Positions 12,070 to 22,882 of a stretch of DNA of 64,000 nt are shown one piece after another. The notes below the pieces were generated by a model, which saw nothing but the letters and a program-made list of their open reading frames with translations, had not been told where the DNA came from and did no database searches. The DNA comes from Amoebophrya sp. A120. Taxonomy: Eukaryota; Protista; Dinoflagellata. Within the stretch, counting starts at the first letter, position 1; the number at the start of each line of letters is the position of its first letter. Where the stretch lies: NCBI GenBank assembly GCA_905178155.1, contig CAJINV010000005.1, positions 3,354,833-3,418,832 on the forward strand, given 5' to 3'. Made by a program: the position numbers and the translations under genes.

Positions 12070-12495
12070 TTATTATTATCGAAGCCCTACTGGGGTTTGT
12101 GCCCGAGGTGACCACAACGAATGTACGAGAGCGGAAGGTTTGGGCATTTTGCTAGAGTTTAGGCACCTTTCCTGGCTCAAGCGTTCAAGAAGTGTCCACC
12201 GTCTTTCTTTGCTTGTAGTCGCTTCCCGCAGCGCACTACGCTCGACGGTATCGGTTAGGTTCAAGCGCATAAAGTGTTTGGCACGCTCGTTTTGTTGCGA
12301 GCCCTACATTGATTCCCGGCNNNNNNNNNNNNNNNNNNNNNNNNNNNNNNNNNNNNNNNNNNNNNNNNNNNNNNNNNNNNNNNNNNNNNNNNNNNNNNNN
12401 NNNNNNNNNNNNNNNNNNNNGTGTAGGTTGGTTTCATTGTACGGAACATAAGCGCTCGCGCCGCGGACGCGGCGTTGCACGCCCTAGCGGGCCGT

Positions 12496-15400
12496 TTATT
12501 CGTGGGCATTGTGGGTGCCCAGTTCGGTCATGGATCTGTAGTCAGGGCGCTCTTGCCAGCCGTGGGGCCATGCGCGCTCTGATGTGAGGGGGAGCACCGC
12601 TGCGCACAGTCTCCCCATCTGCGTGATCCGGTCGCCGATTCCTGTGGGTTGATGTGTAGGGCCGGTGTCCCGGACGTACTGTCTCCAGCTTTCCAGCGCC
12701 TCGCATTCTTCGAGTATGTGGCCCGGTGTCAACGGGGTCCCGCAGTAGTCGCAGTGCAACTCGTTACCGAAGGATCTACTCTGACTTCCACTGACCGTGG
12801 ACAACCAGAGGCGTTGAACCAGCCTCGCGCCACGGAGATATTTGGTGACGCCCCAGACGAAGTCGCGCGACCAGTGTCTGGCCGCCCAGTCTCGCCCACT
12901 GATGCTCCTGGTTAGCCCCAGGGACAGGATCCCCACCTCTTCTTGTGCTTCTATTTCCCGCAATAGGAGCTGCTTCACCGCTGCGTGGGTGACGGGGAGG
13001 GACGGGAGTTCCCGCATGTCCACTATCCGGGCAGCAGGGGCCACGAGCCCCAGCAACGTATCTATGAACTCGTTGCCCGCGACGCCCGTATGGGCGTATA
13101 CGTGGGTGACGAGTGCTTCGGCTGCGGGGATGCGGTCCAGGGCGGTGAGGACCGTGCACAGTTGGGGTTCGAGCCGGTTTCCACTCGCCGCCGCGGTCAT
13201 CCACCCCCTGCAGTCCCCAACCAGTCTCGCACGGGTGGCGTGGACGCCCGCCAACTGCTGTGCCCCTACCTGGGCTCCCCCTGTTTCCCCGGGGTACGCG
13301 GACGGCCCGATGCCATACAGATGTATTTCCACCGCCTGTAGAGCGTTTTGCGCGAATAGAACCGAGCCCCCGAGGATGCGGCCGTGCCTGCGGCGGTCCC
13401 CATCTATGACCGCCCCCACGAGGGAACCATCACAGAAGGACACAGCTGCCCCCTGTTCAAGCTCTTGGCGGAAGCGGTCGTTCTGCCAGGCCGCGTCCGG
13501 TTGGGTCGCGTCCTCATCGAACGGCGCCGCCCAGCGCTCGTTCGCAGGCGCTGTGTTTGCATCCCTTGTCGGGTAGCTCTCGCCCGGGTTGATTTCCCAC
13601 CTGATCTCTCGGGAGAGGCGAGGTCGCGGGCTGTAGGCTTCGCGGTGGGCGTTGCTCACGCCGATGGCTTCCAAAACCCGGTGGGCTTGGTCACCCGCGC
13701 GTCTCCCGGCCCAGGTGGCGCGCTGGGTTTCGCGCAAGTCGATAGCGTTGTATTCCCACAGGGGGCGCCCTTCCACCCGGGTTGCACGGGTGCCGGTGTG
13801 GATCACATACCGCAGTACGAAGTTGCCACCTAGTGTTTGTGGCAGGCTGGGGAAGCGGCTGAGCGCCTCGACAACGTCTGCTCGGGATGGCAGGGTGTTG
13901 CACCGCCATGGCGCGGACCCACGCGCCCCCGGCGCGCCTGCTTCTGCTGCGATGCCACTTTGTAATGCCGTGGTGGCCGGGAGTGCTTGGCCTTCGCGCG
14001 CGAACCTATCGAACCAGAGCGCCACCTCGATGGTTGCCAGGGTGTGCGCGTTGAACAGGCACGCGGAGGCCAGGAGGACTTCTATCCGGGTGTGTTGTAG
14101 GGCCCCCGTGATGAGTCGCGCGCCCTTATGTAGGATGCGCGTGTCAAGCCGCTTCATCGCCTGCTCGGGGAGGTAGGGCCCCAGCACCGAGAGTGTGAAC
14201 CGAACGAGGGAACCCACAAGCCCGAGGTATAGTGCGCGCAGAGTCACGGTGTCAGCTTTGTGCCGGTACCTCCTTATGAGTGCGAGGCGCTTGGTGCTCT
14301 TGTCCACCAGTTTGTCGCAGTGGTCAGCGAAGCACCCGTCCTCGTCAAAATGGATGCCGAGGAGGCGCCCTTGGGTGACCTGGCGGTAGGGTAGCGGGGG
14401 GAAGCGGCGCTCCGCCCCCGGTTCTGGTTGGCCTTCTGCTTCGGCGCCCGCGTCATCGACGTACTCGTCTGTAAGTACGTCGAAACAGAAGCGCGCGCGT
14501 ACTGTCTTGCGGTGGAGCTCTTTGGAGCGGCGGTAGAGCGTTTCACCCGGGTTAAGTGGGCGGAATGCCAGTGCCCATGACTTCCCGACCTCTACTTCTG
14601 CCCCGTTTTGGTTTGCCCACTCTGTGACGACCTCATGGAAGACATGCGCGGTGGCCGCCGCTGCCTCTTCCGTCGCTGCGCGAATGAGGCAGCTTGTGTC
14701 GTCCGCATACATCCCCGGAAGTGCTCCACGTGGGTTGAGGGCGTGGCGGAGTTTCCGGGCAAGCGGGATCGTGAACACAAGCCAGAGGAAGGGCGAGAGG
14801 ACTCCCCCTTGGGGAAGTCCTCCCGCTATGGGAAACGGGGCCCCGAGGTGTCCGTCTACCCTCACACGGATGGTTCTCCCTGCGAGCCACTGTCGAATCC
14901 AGTCGACCAACCAGGGTGGGCAACCTTCCTCCTTGAGGATTTGCAGGAGGCGCGCGTGTGGGACTCTGTCATAGGCCTGGGCGATGTCGATGCTCAACAG
15001 GAGCACCACCTCCTCTGCAGAGAGGCCCTCCGCGATGCCGTCGCAAATCGCGGCCAGTAACGATTGCACGGAGCGCCCCGGTGCAAAGCCACACTGCAAA
15101 TCGACGGGCGTAATGAATTCCATCAGCCGTCGAAGAACTACCGCTTCGGCTAATTTCAGGAGGCTCGACGATAGTGCAATTGGCCTGTACGAGTCCGGCG
15201 CTGTTGGCACTTTTCCTCCTTTCAACAGTGGGCACACGATGATCTGTCTCAGGCCTTCCGGGACCGCCGGTTGGCGATCACAGATGCTGAGGGAGACGAA
15301 CTTGTGCAGCGCCTCCAGGGGCAGGCGGCGGAGGATTTCGACGGTCAGGCCGTCAGCGCCCGGGGCGCGGTTCAGGGACAGTGCCCGGAGGGCCGTGCTG

Positions 15401-16611
15401 ACCTCTTCCTGCGACACGGCAGGCGCGGGGCTGGCGTCCCGGAAGTCGGCCGCGGTCCGGCGCGTGTTTGGGTCGCGGTTGCGCATCCTGTGCGCGTAAA
15501 CTTTTCCGAAGAGCGTGGCCCGGCGCCGGGCAGACTCGACCCAGCGCCCGTTTTCTTCGTCCCACAGCCGTGAGGTTGGGGGTGTCGGCGCCCCCCCTCG
15601 GTCCGGGTCGATGCTGAACAGCAGACGCCACCACCCGACGTCGCTGGTGTTCCACCGGGGTGCCCCGGCCGCCTGGTTAGGTGCTACCTGTTTGTAGGCG
15701 CCCTGTTCGCTCGCGGCCTGCTCGACTGCTCCCTGGATGGCCGCAACGGCTTCCGCGGCCGTGCCCCACTCCGAAGGAGCCAGGCTCAGCTCGCTGAGGT
15801 CGAGGCTGTCGAGGTCCAACATGCGCGCCCATGTGGCCTGCCGCGGAGCGGCCCAGGTGAGGTGCTCGACCTTGAGGCTGTGGTGGTTGCTCGCGCTTTT
15901 TCGCACCACTTTCGCCTGGGGCCAGTCGGCTGCTTCCTCGACCCAGTATGGCAGGCTTTGCCCGGGGCTGTTCGCCACCTCATCGGCAGCCGGCCAACTT
16001 ATCCAGTACATGCGGTCGGGGCATGTACCGGCCGCGGGGTACGTCGCCCGGCGGGTGGAGTTGAGCCGCTGGAGTGTGAACTCGCCGGCATCGAGCTGCT
16101 CTATCCCACCGATGTTGTCCCCGTACAGGAGCGCGCCGACGACCCCCGGCGTGGCCTTGAAGAAGGCGCGAACCCTGGCCCAGCTCGAGAGCAGTGATTC
16201 GGCTGGGGTTGCGTACCAGGCCGCAGTCAGGGTGGGCACTGATAGCTCAACCGCTTCACCTGGGTCGGTGGCTGAGGTAGGCAGGAACACGATGCCCGCC
16301 GCGATCTCTTGGCGGGGGCCAAGCGCGGGCGCTTGCAGTGGCCGCGCCGGGATCGAGTGGTGGACTGTTATCATGGCCCCGCCGGCCCGGTTCGGCGCTT
16401 CGGGTGTTGTTGGTCTGTCGGTGCGCGCGAGCACCGGTAGTCTGGCGGGCAGGGGATTCGGGTCCTCTGGCGCCAGGTGGGTTTCTACGTAGAAGTTGAC
16501 GCCGTGGCGCTCCCCTCCCGGTAGGCTCCGCGGGTATTTCTGCTGAACCCGCGCGAGCCCATCAACGTTGGCGCGTCGCCAAGCGGCGCGGCAAGATGTC
16601 ACTAATCCCAA
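12496..16611 (-). CDS. LINE ORF2: divergent AP endonuclease, reverse transcriptase, RNase H, C-terminal CCHC finger
   Basis: RT motifs APGADG, YRPIAL, QCGF, DIAQAYDRV, GLPQGGVLSP, YADD. RNase H motifs FCDGS, GDC, HVYAHTGVAGNEFID. Finger CDYC...HILEEC. APE-like VETH, GDN, SNHH. Confidence 0.93.
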   Translation of the reverse strand: MGLVTSCRAAWRRANVDGLARVQQKYPRSLPGGERHGVNFYVETHLAPEDPNPLPARLPVLARTDRPTTPEAPNRAGGAMITVHHSIPARPLQAPALGPRQEIAAGIVFLPTSATDPGEAVELSVPTLTAAWYATPAESLLSSWARVRAFFKATPGVVGALLYGDNIGGIEQLDAGEFTLQRLNSTRRATYPAAGTCPDRMYWISWPAADEVANSPGQSLPYWVEEAADWPQAKVVRKSASNHHSLKVEHLTWAAPRQATWARMLDLDSLDLSELSLAPSEWGTAAEAVAAIQGAVEQAASEQGAYKQVAPNQAAGAPRWNTSDVGWWRLLFSIDPDRGGAPTPPTSRLWDEENGRWVESARRRATLFGKVYAHRMRNRDPNTRRTAADFRDASPAPAVSQEEVSTALRALSLNRAPGADGLTVEILRRLPLEALHKFVSLSICDRQPAVPEGLRQIIVCPLLKGGKVPTAPDSYRPIALSSSLLKLAEAVVLRRLMEFITPVDLQCGFAPGRSVQSLLAAICDGIAEGLSAEEVVLLLSIDIAQAYDRVPHARLLQILKEEGCPPWLVDWIRQWLAGRTIRVRVDGHLGAPFPIAGGLPQGGVLSPFLWLVFTIPLARKLRHALNPRGALPGMYADDTSCLIRAATEEAAAATAHVFHEVVTEWANQNGAEVEVGKSWALAFRPLNPGETLYRRSKELHRKTVRARFCFDVLTDEYVDDAGAEAEGQPEPGAERRFPPLPYRQVTQGRLLGIHFDEDGCFADHCDKLVDKSTKRLALIRRYRHKADTVTLRALYLGLVGSLVRFTLSVLGPYLPEQAMKRLDTRILHKGARLITGALQHTRIEVLLASACLFNAHTLATIEVALWFDRFAREGQALPATTALQSGIAAEAGAPGARGSAPWRCNTLPSRADVVEALSRFPSLPQTLGGNFVLRYVIHTGTRATRVEGRPLWEYNAIDLRETQRATWAGRRAGDQAHRVLEAIGVSNAHREAYSPRPRLSREIRWEINPGESYPTRDANTAPANERWAAPFDEDATQPDAAWQNDRFRQELEQGAAVSFCDGSLVGAVIDGDRRRHGRILGGSVLFAQNALQAVEIHLYGIGPSAYPGETGGAQVGAQQLAGVHATRARLVGDCRGWMTAAASGNRLEPQLCTVLTALDRIPAAEALVTHVYAHTGVAGNEFIDTLLGLVAPAARIVDMRELPSLPVTHAAVKQLLLREIEAQEEVGILSLGLTRSISGRDWAARHWSRDFVWGVTKYLRGARLVQRLWLSTVSGSQSRSFGNELHCDYCGTPLTPGHILEECEALESWRQYVRDTGPTHQPTGIGDRITQMGRLCAAVLPLTSERAWPHGWQERPDYRSMTELGTHNAHE

Positions 16612-17238
16612 GCCCCTGGGCGGGAGGGGTTCCCGGGGTGCCCTGTTGCCGTGGCAGCGGGGTGGTGGCCCGACGCCGGGGCGTACCGGTCCACGCCAGT
16701 GCGCCCGCCGGGTGCGGGGCCCGCCTTCCGAGACAGGGCGGCGCGCATGCTTGCGGTGCGCGCGGCGTTGTTTGCCATGGCCGTGGCGTGGGCCATGGTC
16801 GTCCGCCGCCGAGCCCGGCGGCGGCGCGCTAAATCCCTACCCGGCCCCGTCCTACCGACCGGCTTCTGTCGCTTGATCCGCGCATGCTATGGCGCTGGGG
16901 CGATTTTCGGGGACTAACTCCGCCGGTGCTATGGGCCCGATTTGCCTGTTTCCAGGTCAGGAAAAATGGCCAGACGCTAGTTTTAGCCCGGCGGGATTGA
17001 GACCTCTTCGACCGGTTTTGGGCTCGGGGCCGCCGTCCGCCCGGGGGAAGAAGCGGCCCCCACCGTAACCCCGAACGCGGGAGGCAGGCTCGTTGCCCGA
17101 ATCGTGGGCCTTGTGGGTGGGCTCTGGCCGGTCAGTCCCACGTCTGCGTGGTCCGGGAGGGTGGGTGGGTGGGAGGGTGGGTGGGGTTTGGGGTGTTGAC
17201 ATCTTGCTGTACTGTCGAATCGATACCCATCCTTCTAG

Positions 17239-19494
17239 TCAGATCTGGGTTGGCACCATGGTGCCCGCCCCAACTTCAGTTCTGGCGTTGTCTGCTGGAG
17301 CGCTAGTGGAATCTGCATTGCCACCGGCCTTCGCAGGTGGGGTTTGCTCTTCGCTGTCACTCAGAAGCAGTATGTTCTCGACCCGAGGGCCTCGCGCCTT
17401 GGCGACGTGCGCCTGCTGCTGTCCGGCCGGCGCCTGCGGCGCCGGACGCGCCGCCGGTTTGGCAGCGGCCTTTCCCGGGGCGTCCTGGCTGTTCTGCTGC
17501 GACGAGCGGCCGCCGCGTTTCGGCACCGCGTGATACTTGGCAGGGGGGCCACCTCCTGGTGGGCCCGCCTCGCCCGGATCGTACCGTGCCGGTTTGAGGC
17601 TACCCGGGCCGGCGAGAACGCCGTAATTTTCCCCATTCACCACTACTTGCACGGCCGGATGCCCCGCGGCCGGGGCGGAGTGGCAGGCGTTGTAATGCGC
17701 GGCTATATGGGTTAAAAATTGGGACGGAAACCTGTTATTGACCTCCTTGCCGCATTCGCATTTTAATCGGGGGCGGGTGGAATCAATACAGTCGTATCCT
17801 TGGCGGGTGGGGTGCCATTCCCGCGCCGGGAGGGGAAAAATTTCGGGGCGGGGAGTGGTCTTCAGGTGCAGGGTTGCGGTAGCGGTTCCCGGCTTTGCCG
17901 ATTTCCGATACGGCATTTGGTGCGACCTCAACAACTCTCTCTCGACCGCTTGGCAAGCTTCGGCCGTCTGGAAGACCGGGCGGAGGTCACCCGGTCCAGT
18001 GGCGTATTCCTCTTGGATCTGAGCCCCCGTGCGCATGAGCTTAATCGCGCTGCCAAGGCTCAATACGCCGAAGAAATCGTCTGCCAGGCGGAGAATCGCC
18101 GTGTGGCTTTCCCCGGGGCCCTGCGGGCTGAAAATGAAGCCAAGATGGTCTTGGCTCCGTTTCACGAGTCGGTGATCGGGGAGGGGCGTGTTGGCAATGT
18201 AGGCGCCAAATTGCGGCCCGATGTCCATCAGCTCCTCCACCGAAACGACATCTTGCTCCGCCTTCGACCGGAGATGTTCCGTCCGCTCATCTCCCAGTTG
18301 GAGGATGTTTGCAAGGACATCTATTTGGCAGCTCCGATAGTGAGTAAGGTTGGCCGCTTTTTGGCTGGCCCGTAGCAGGCTTCTGCCCGTTGCGTCCAGC
18401 TGTCGGCCGCTTCCCGGGACCGGGGCGCCCGGGTCTCCGGGGTCGGGCCCTTTCCCTTTCTTTCCCGGGCCCTTGGTTTTGCCGCGGCCCTTCTGCGCGG
18501 TGTTATCCGGGGGGAAGTACTGGCCCCCAAGGGGGTCGGCGTCGCGCGCTGCGGGCGCGCCTTCCCTGTTGCTGTCCGCCTCTGCGTGGGCCCGTCGCGA
18601 GGTTTCCCGCCGCGACTTCTCCACCCCGGCGCGATGCTTCTGCAGGCAATCCTTGACCATGTTGCCGGAAGCAACGGCGCCGAACTTTTCCCGCAGCTGC
18701 GTCCGGATCTCCGCGATGGAGCCCCGCACCCGTTCCGGGGCGCCCTCCTCGTGCGGCAGCTGCTGAAGGCAGGCCAGGACCATGCTCCGCAGCTTGTCCC
18801 GCGCGCGCGGGTCCAGCTCTGCCACCGGCTGGACGCTCGGCGAGCTTGTGCCCTCGGATTTTTCCGCGCGCTGTGCATCTGCCGCGCGCCCCTGCGCTTT
18901 CGCGGTCGTGGGCTTGCCGCCCTTCCCCTCGCCGGGGGCTGCGGCGTTCTCGCCTTTGCCCGGCTTCCCTTTGGGCTTTCCACCTTTCCCTTTCCGCCAG
19001 TGCCATTGCTGGTCGTACCAGGCATCCCAATCAACATCGTCTTCTCCCCACCACCAGTCCACAGCAGCAGCGCGTTCTGTGGTCTGGGAGTCGGTAGTTT
19101 TCTTCCCTGCCCGTTTGCTAGCAGAGGTGCTCGCAACCGGGGGTGGGACGTCACTTTCGGCGTCTTCCTGTGTGCCCGCGCCCCGGGTTCTCTTCCGGTC
19201 TTGTGCTGTAGACAGAACGCTACTTCGCTCTCGTTTCCCGACCGGAGATGGAGCTTGCGCCGGCTGAGGAGGATACCCCGGAGGTGGAACTGGTGGGGGG
19301 AACGGGGGTGGGCCCGATGGCGCTGGGGGGGCAGGTGGTGGTGGTGCGTTGTAGCCCGGGTACCCATACTGCGGGTAGGGGGGGTACGGCGTCCCGTACG
19401 GCGGGGGAGGGTACGGCGGTTGTTGTGGTGGTGGTGCACCATAATAGTATCCCGGAGGCGGGGGTGCTGCGGGATACGGGTGGTAGCCGTACAT
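17239..19494 (-). CDS. LINE ORF1 (Pro/Tyr-rich N-terminus, basic region, C2H2-like finger)
   Basis: 751-aa ORF upstream of ORF2 on the same strand, within the TSD-bounded element. Motif CECG...FLTHIAAH. Confidence 0.8.
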   Translation of the reverse strand: MYGYHPYPAAPPPPGYYYGAPPPQQPPYPPPPYGTPYPPYPQYGYPGYNAPPPPAPPAPSGPPPFPPPVPPPGYPPQPAQAPSPVGKRERSSVLSTAQDRKRTRGAGTQEDAESDVPPPVASTSASKRAGKKTTDSQTTERAAAVDWWWGEDDVDWDAWYDQQWHWRKGKGGKPKGKPGKGENAAAPGEGKGGKPTTAKAQGRAADAQRAEKSEGTSSPSVQPVAELDPRARDKLRSMVLACLQQLPHEEGAPERVRGSIAEIRTQLREKFGAVASGNMVKDCLQKHRAGVEKSRRETSRRAHAEADSNREGAPAARDADPLGGQYFPPDNTAQKGRGKTKGPGKKGKGPDPGDPGAPVPGSGRQLDATGRSLLRASQKAANLTHYRSCQIDVLANILQLGDERTEHLRSKAEQDVVSVEELMDIGPQFGAYIANTPLPDHRLVKRSQDHLGFIFSPQGPGESHTAILRLADDFFGVLSLGSAIKLMRTGAQIQEEYATGPGDLRPVFQTAEACQAVERELLRSHQMPYRKSAKPGTATATLHLKTTPRPEIFPLPAREWHPTRQGYDCIDSTRPRLKCECGKEVNNRFPSQFLTHIAAHYNACHSAPAAGHPAVQVVVNGENYGVLAGPGSLKPARYDPGEAGPPGGGPPAKYHAVPKRGGRSSQQNSQDAPGKAAAKPAARPAPQAPAGQQQAHVAKARGPRVENILLLSDSEEQTPPAKAGGNADSTSAPADNARTEVGAGTMVPTQI

Positions 19495-20900
19495 TGTGTC
19501 TGGGCTTGTAGCCGGGGTGTGTTGCTTTTACAGTTGTCAAAGGTAGTGCTAGTGTTGCTCGCAGTGCAAGGAATAGGCTGGTGAGTAGTGCAAAGGTTGT
19601 CGCGTGGGGATAATGTCGATAGCAATACGCACAAGTGGAGGGCAGTTAGTAAGCGTTATCGTGCAGGAGCAAGTAATGTAATACAGTAGGTCGGAAGTGT
19701 CATAATTGAGAGTGGGTGTTGCAGTATGAGTGGTGGTACTGTGGCAGGATGAGTAGTAGGCTGTGACATTGTATATTGCGGACGAGCACGACAAAACAAG
19801 AATACTTCCTAGCCCCTAAAGTACTCTTGCCTACTTGGGTACACACACAATAGACATCCGACCGACCTATCTCTGCTGTTGAGTGCAGGCACAGACGCTT
19901 TCGACTCCGGTTTGCACGATATCGCGAGAGGTACGACAATAGCACGACAGGTACGATCTACATGTTGTACGATTAGGTGCGCTCTGGCACAGCGCACTTG
20001 CACCGACGGACGCGCGATCGTTGTACCGAGCTTGTGTTCCTTCTGGGCGAACAGAGCACCGGCATTCTAATAACTGTAGCTGATTTGGTGTCAGGCTGCT
20101 CCTACCGCGTGAGGTGGTGGCACCTCACCGCAGGATCTCCTCAGGCGTGGGCCTTCATCGGAGGGGATCTATCTTTATAAGATGAAATAGAAGACTCTTA
20201 TAAATGAAATCAATGAGATTTTGATTTCAAATTCCCCATTGATTCGATTAAAGGATATTCATCGAAAAATTTTCATGATCAAAATAATTCATCCATTTGA
20301 TGGGAGGGATTTTCATTCTTATGTGTTGGATGTGTTGGTATGTTTCATTCGGAACAGACAACAACAGATGATAAGGATATGGAGTTATTCTTTCGTTCTC
20401 ATTTGTAGTGTTTTTCATTTTCTTTGGTTATGGGAAAATCTTCGGAATAGAGAAACCACTCATCATGTAGGAAACAAACATTTTGGAAAATTCGAAAGTT
20501 AGTCAAAATCAATGTTATCGTTACCGGCACACGATAAGACTTTTTAGAGCATTGATTTAGAATTAGAGCGCGTGTTCCGGATCCGGTCGGGTGAGGTCCA
20601 GGATTATGTCAGTATGCATAGGAAATTGCTTCAATAATTCATTTCGTGTCAATATTCAAGAGAAATCTATCTGTGTCCATGTTGTGGCCGTCATTCATTT
20701 TTCTTGTTGCATGTCTTACTGGGGCGGTCATGAAAAATGTGAGCCGTCCCTTCCTGAATTCTGATCAGAAGCATGACCACAATTGCATTCGACGTCAACA
20801 TCTCATCATCGTAAAAATGTCGATTGGAGACCACCATTCATGAGATCGATTCTATCAAACAGTAAGTGCGAGGACCACTGACACCACAGAACAAGATCTC

Positions 20901-21854
20901 TCAACCCATACACAAAATCGCAAAATCTTCAAACTCGAAGCCCGGGCACACCGTGCAGCCAACGAGCGCCCAGTTGACGGAGGCGGTGCCGCTTTGCTGT
21001 TCTACTGGAGGACCATCAGCGGCCAGCATCCTGCTGCCAAAAATTTTTCCCGCCTTGACCGTGTGCTGTATTTTCTCCCCGTGCAGAATGTTCTTTCCTA
21101 GTCTTGTGATCGATACAGCATTCAATTTGCTGTTTTCTCTACCGCAATCCGGATCGATCTCCACGATTTCCAAAGTTCCGCCGGCGTAGTGATATATCCT
21201 GTGGAAACACGTAACTACGTATACGCCCTGGGGTTTGTCGAGACAAATCCCTGAAGTTTTCAGCATCTGCACCACGCATGATAGATAAAGATAATGAGGA
21301 ATTCGGACATATTTTATTATTATGCATTCTAGTCGTTCTTCTTCTTACGCTTCGCTTGCAGAGGACGCGTCAGACACCCACTCCACTGCCTCAACATCCG
21401 AATCAGCCCGTGACCAGTTTTTTTCGTTCTTCTTCATGAGCACGGCAAGAAAATCATACCGCCTGTTGTGGAAACCTGCATGCGACCACACGCTATCTCT
21501 AGCGGTATGCGAATTTGGACTTATTACAACTCTGGGGCGTCGTGCGGTATTTACGTTTTTGCACAGGATATGGTGCCAAACTTCGTCATTCCCGTTGGTC
21601 AAAACGTGCAAATGCGAGCGGTCATTTTTTCCGAGGAGGAAATAAATCGCCGTGCCGCAGACCACCTGCTTGTCGCTCGTTCCGCTCCTAGACGAAACAC
21701 TGCTCCGCCAGGTTTCCTTGAAAAAGCCACCTTCTGGGTGGGGAAGGAGTTCGAGGTGTTTTGCGACCTCCTCTTTGGTCAGCGACTCCAGGTCGATCTT
21801 GGTAGTATTTCGGACGAGGTGATTTTCACTTAAACCGTCTGTAGTCGACATCAT
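20901..21854 (-). CDS. Cupin superfamily protein (DUF985/Cupin_5), two exons
   Basis: Motifs LLPHPEGGFFKETWRS, TAIYFLL, EVWHHYAG (after removing 21195-21570) and LVGCTVCPGFEFEDF. Confidence 0.9.
21195..21570. mobile_element. TIR introner (376 bp) in cupin gene
   Basis: TATCCTGTGGAAACACGTAA...TTACGTTTTTGCACAGGATA, flanks TGATA/TGGTG. Frame restored. Confidence 0.85.
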
Positions 21855-22882
21855 CAATCTCTTGAATATCAATAAGTTCAGGTTACTGATTTATTGCAAG
21901 AGGACGACAAGCAAAGCTCAGGCGGGGGGAGGGTGCGATAACTACGGAAGATCAAAGCAACGAGAAAATGAACCCCGGCAGAACTACTTTCTACAACTTC
22001 TATCCGGCCATACTACTACACACAGACTCACAGGCCGTCATGGCGAAGAAGTCAAAAGCCACAAGTCGTGCCGACTTCGTACTTCGTCAGTTGCAACTGA
22101 AGTTGATGCTATTTCACTTGATAGATTTTTTGATGTCGTTATACATTCAGAATGTTCGAGCTCCCGAGATTGAGATTCTTGGAACTGCTCCTTGGCATTG
22201 GCATTGTTTGAAAAAAAACAATGGAACTGCAAACGAACGACGAAAAAGGACACGATTTACGAGAGCTGAGGCGAGCTGTGGCCGCCTGCACGACGAGCTC
22301 TCGTCGCTCTCTCTCAGTTCTCCCAAGCAACTCTACTTTACTTATCTGGTGTATATATTTTTTCTTCACAATGAAGAGGCTCCTCTGCACGACAATCGCG
22401 GCACGACCCAGGAATAGATCAACAAAAAGGTCCGAACATGTGTTTTTTCGGTGGAGTTAGCAACTTGACGCTGGCTGCTCGCTGTGCCTGTGTCTTCGAT
22501 AATTTTCAACATCCGCTTTTATATTTCTTCCCGCCCATAGCCATAGCCATAATTTTCATCCGAGTTTGTTCACTATCATAATTTTTCCCCGCCCTGCGGC
22601 CTTCGTTGTGACTTCTGTACAACAGGGACCGAAAATATCCCTTGTAAAAACTTCCACCAGATGAAACTACAAAAATCATCCATGGACAAAGAATTCGTCC
22701 GAAACGGAAACGCTATAAGTGCTTTTGGTACAACGGTCGACGCCTTTGTCCGCCAAGAATCGCAGCTCTTACTACAATTTTCCTTTCGCACCACAAGGAG
22801 GAGCTGCTAGAAGAGCGACAGCACTTGCTACTTGCACTTCACGATCTTCATATATTCAATTTATCTTCATCGGACTCAGATT

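Larger units (their letters stand above)
12070..20164 (-). mobile_element. Full-length non-LTR retrotransposon (I/Ingi/R1-like group: APE-RT-RNase H)
   Basis: 15-bp TSD GGATCTATCTTTATA at 12055-12069 and 20165-20179. (TAA)n 3' tail on minus strand (~12068-12079), two long ORFs, assembly gap at 12321-12420 in the 3' UTR. Confidence 0.92.

Noticed and set aside
12173-12181. Dinoflagellate spliced-leader relic (TGGCTCAAG)
   Set aside because: Only 9 nt match, antisense within the LINE 3' UTR and not upstream of a gene; expected by chance.
12321-12420. Run of 100 N
   Set aside because: Assembly gap placeholder. The matching TSDs on either side suggest the scaffold join is correct, but the true length is unknown.
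12649-19634. Long antisense and alternate-frame ORFs over the LINE
   Set aside because: Shadows of GC-rich coding sequence with no motifs of their own.
20135-20162. Hammerhead ribozyme at the LINE 5' end
   Set aside because: The core has GAGG in place of the conserved GAAA and no stem III or cleavage triplet was found; kept only as a hairpin observation.
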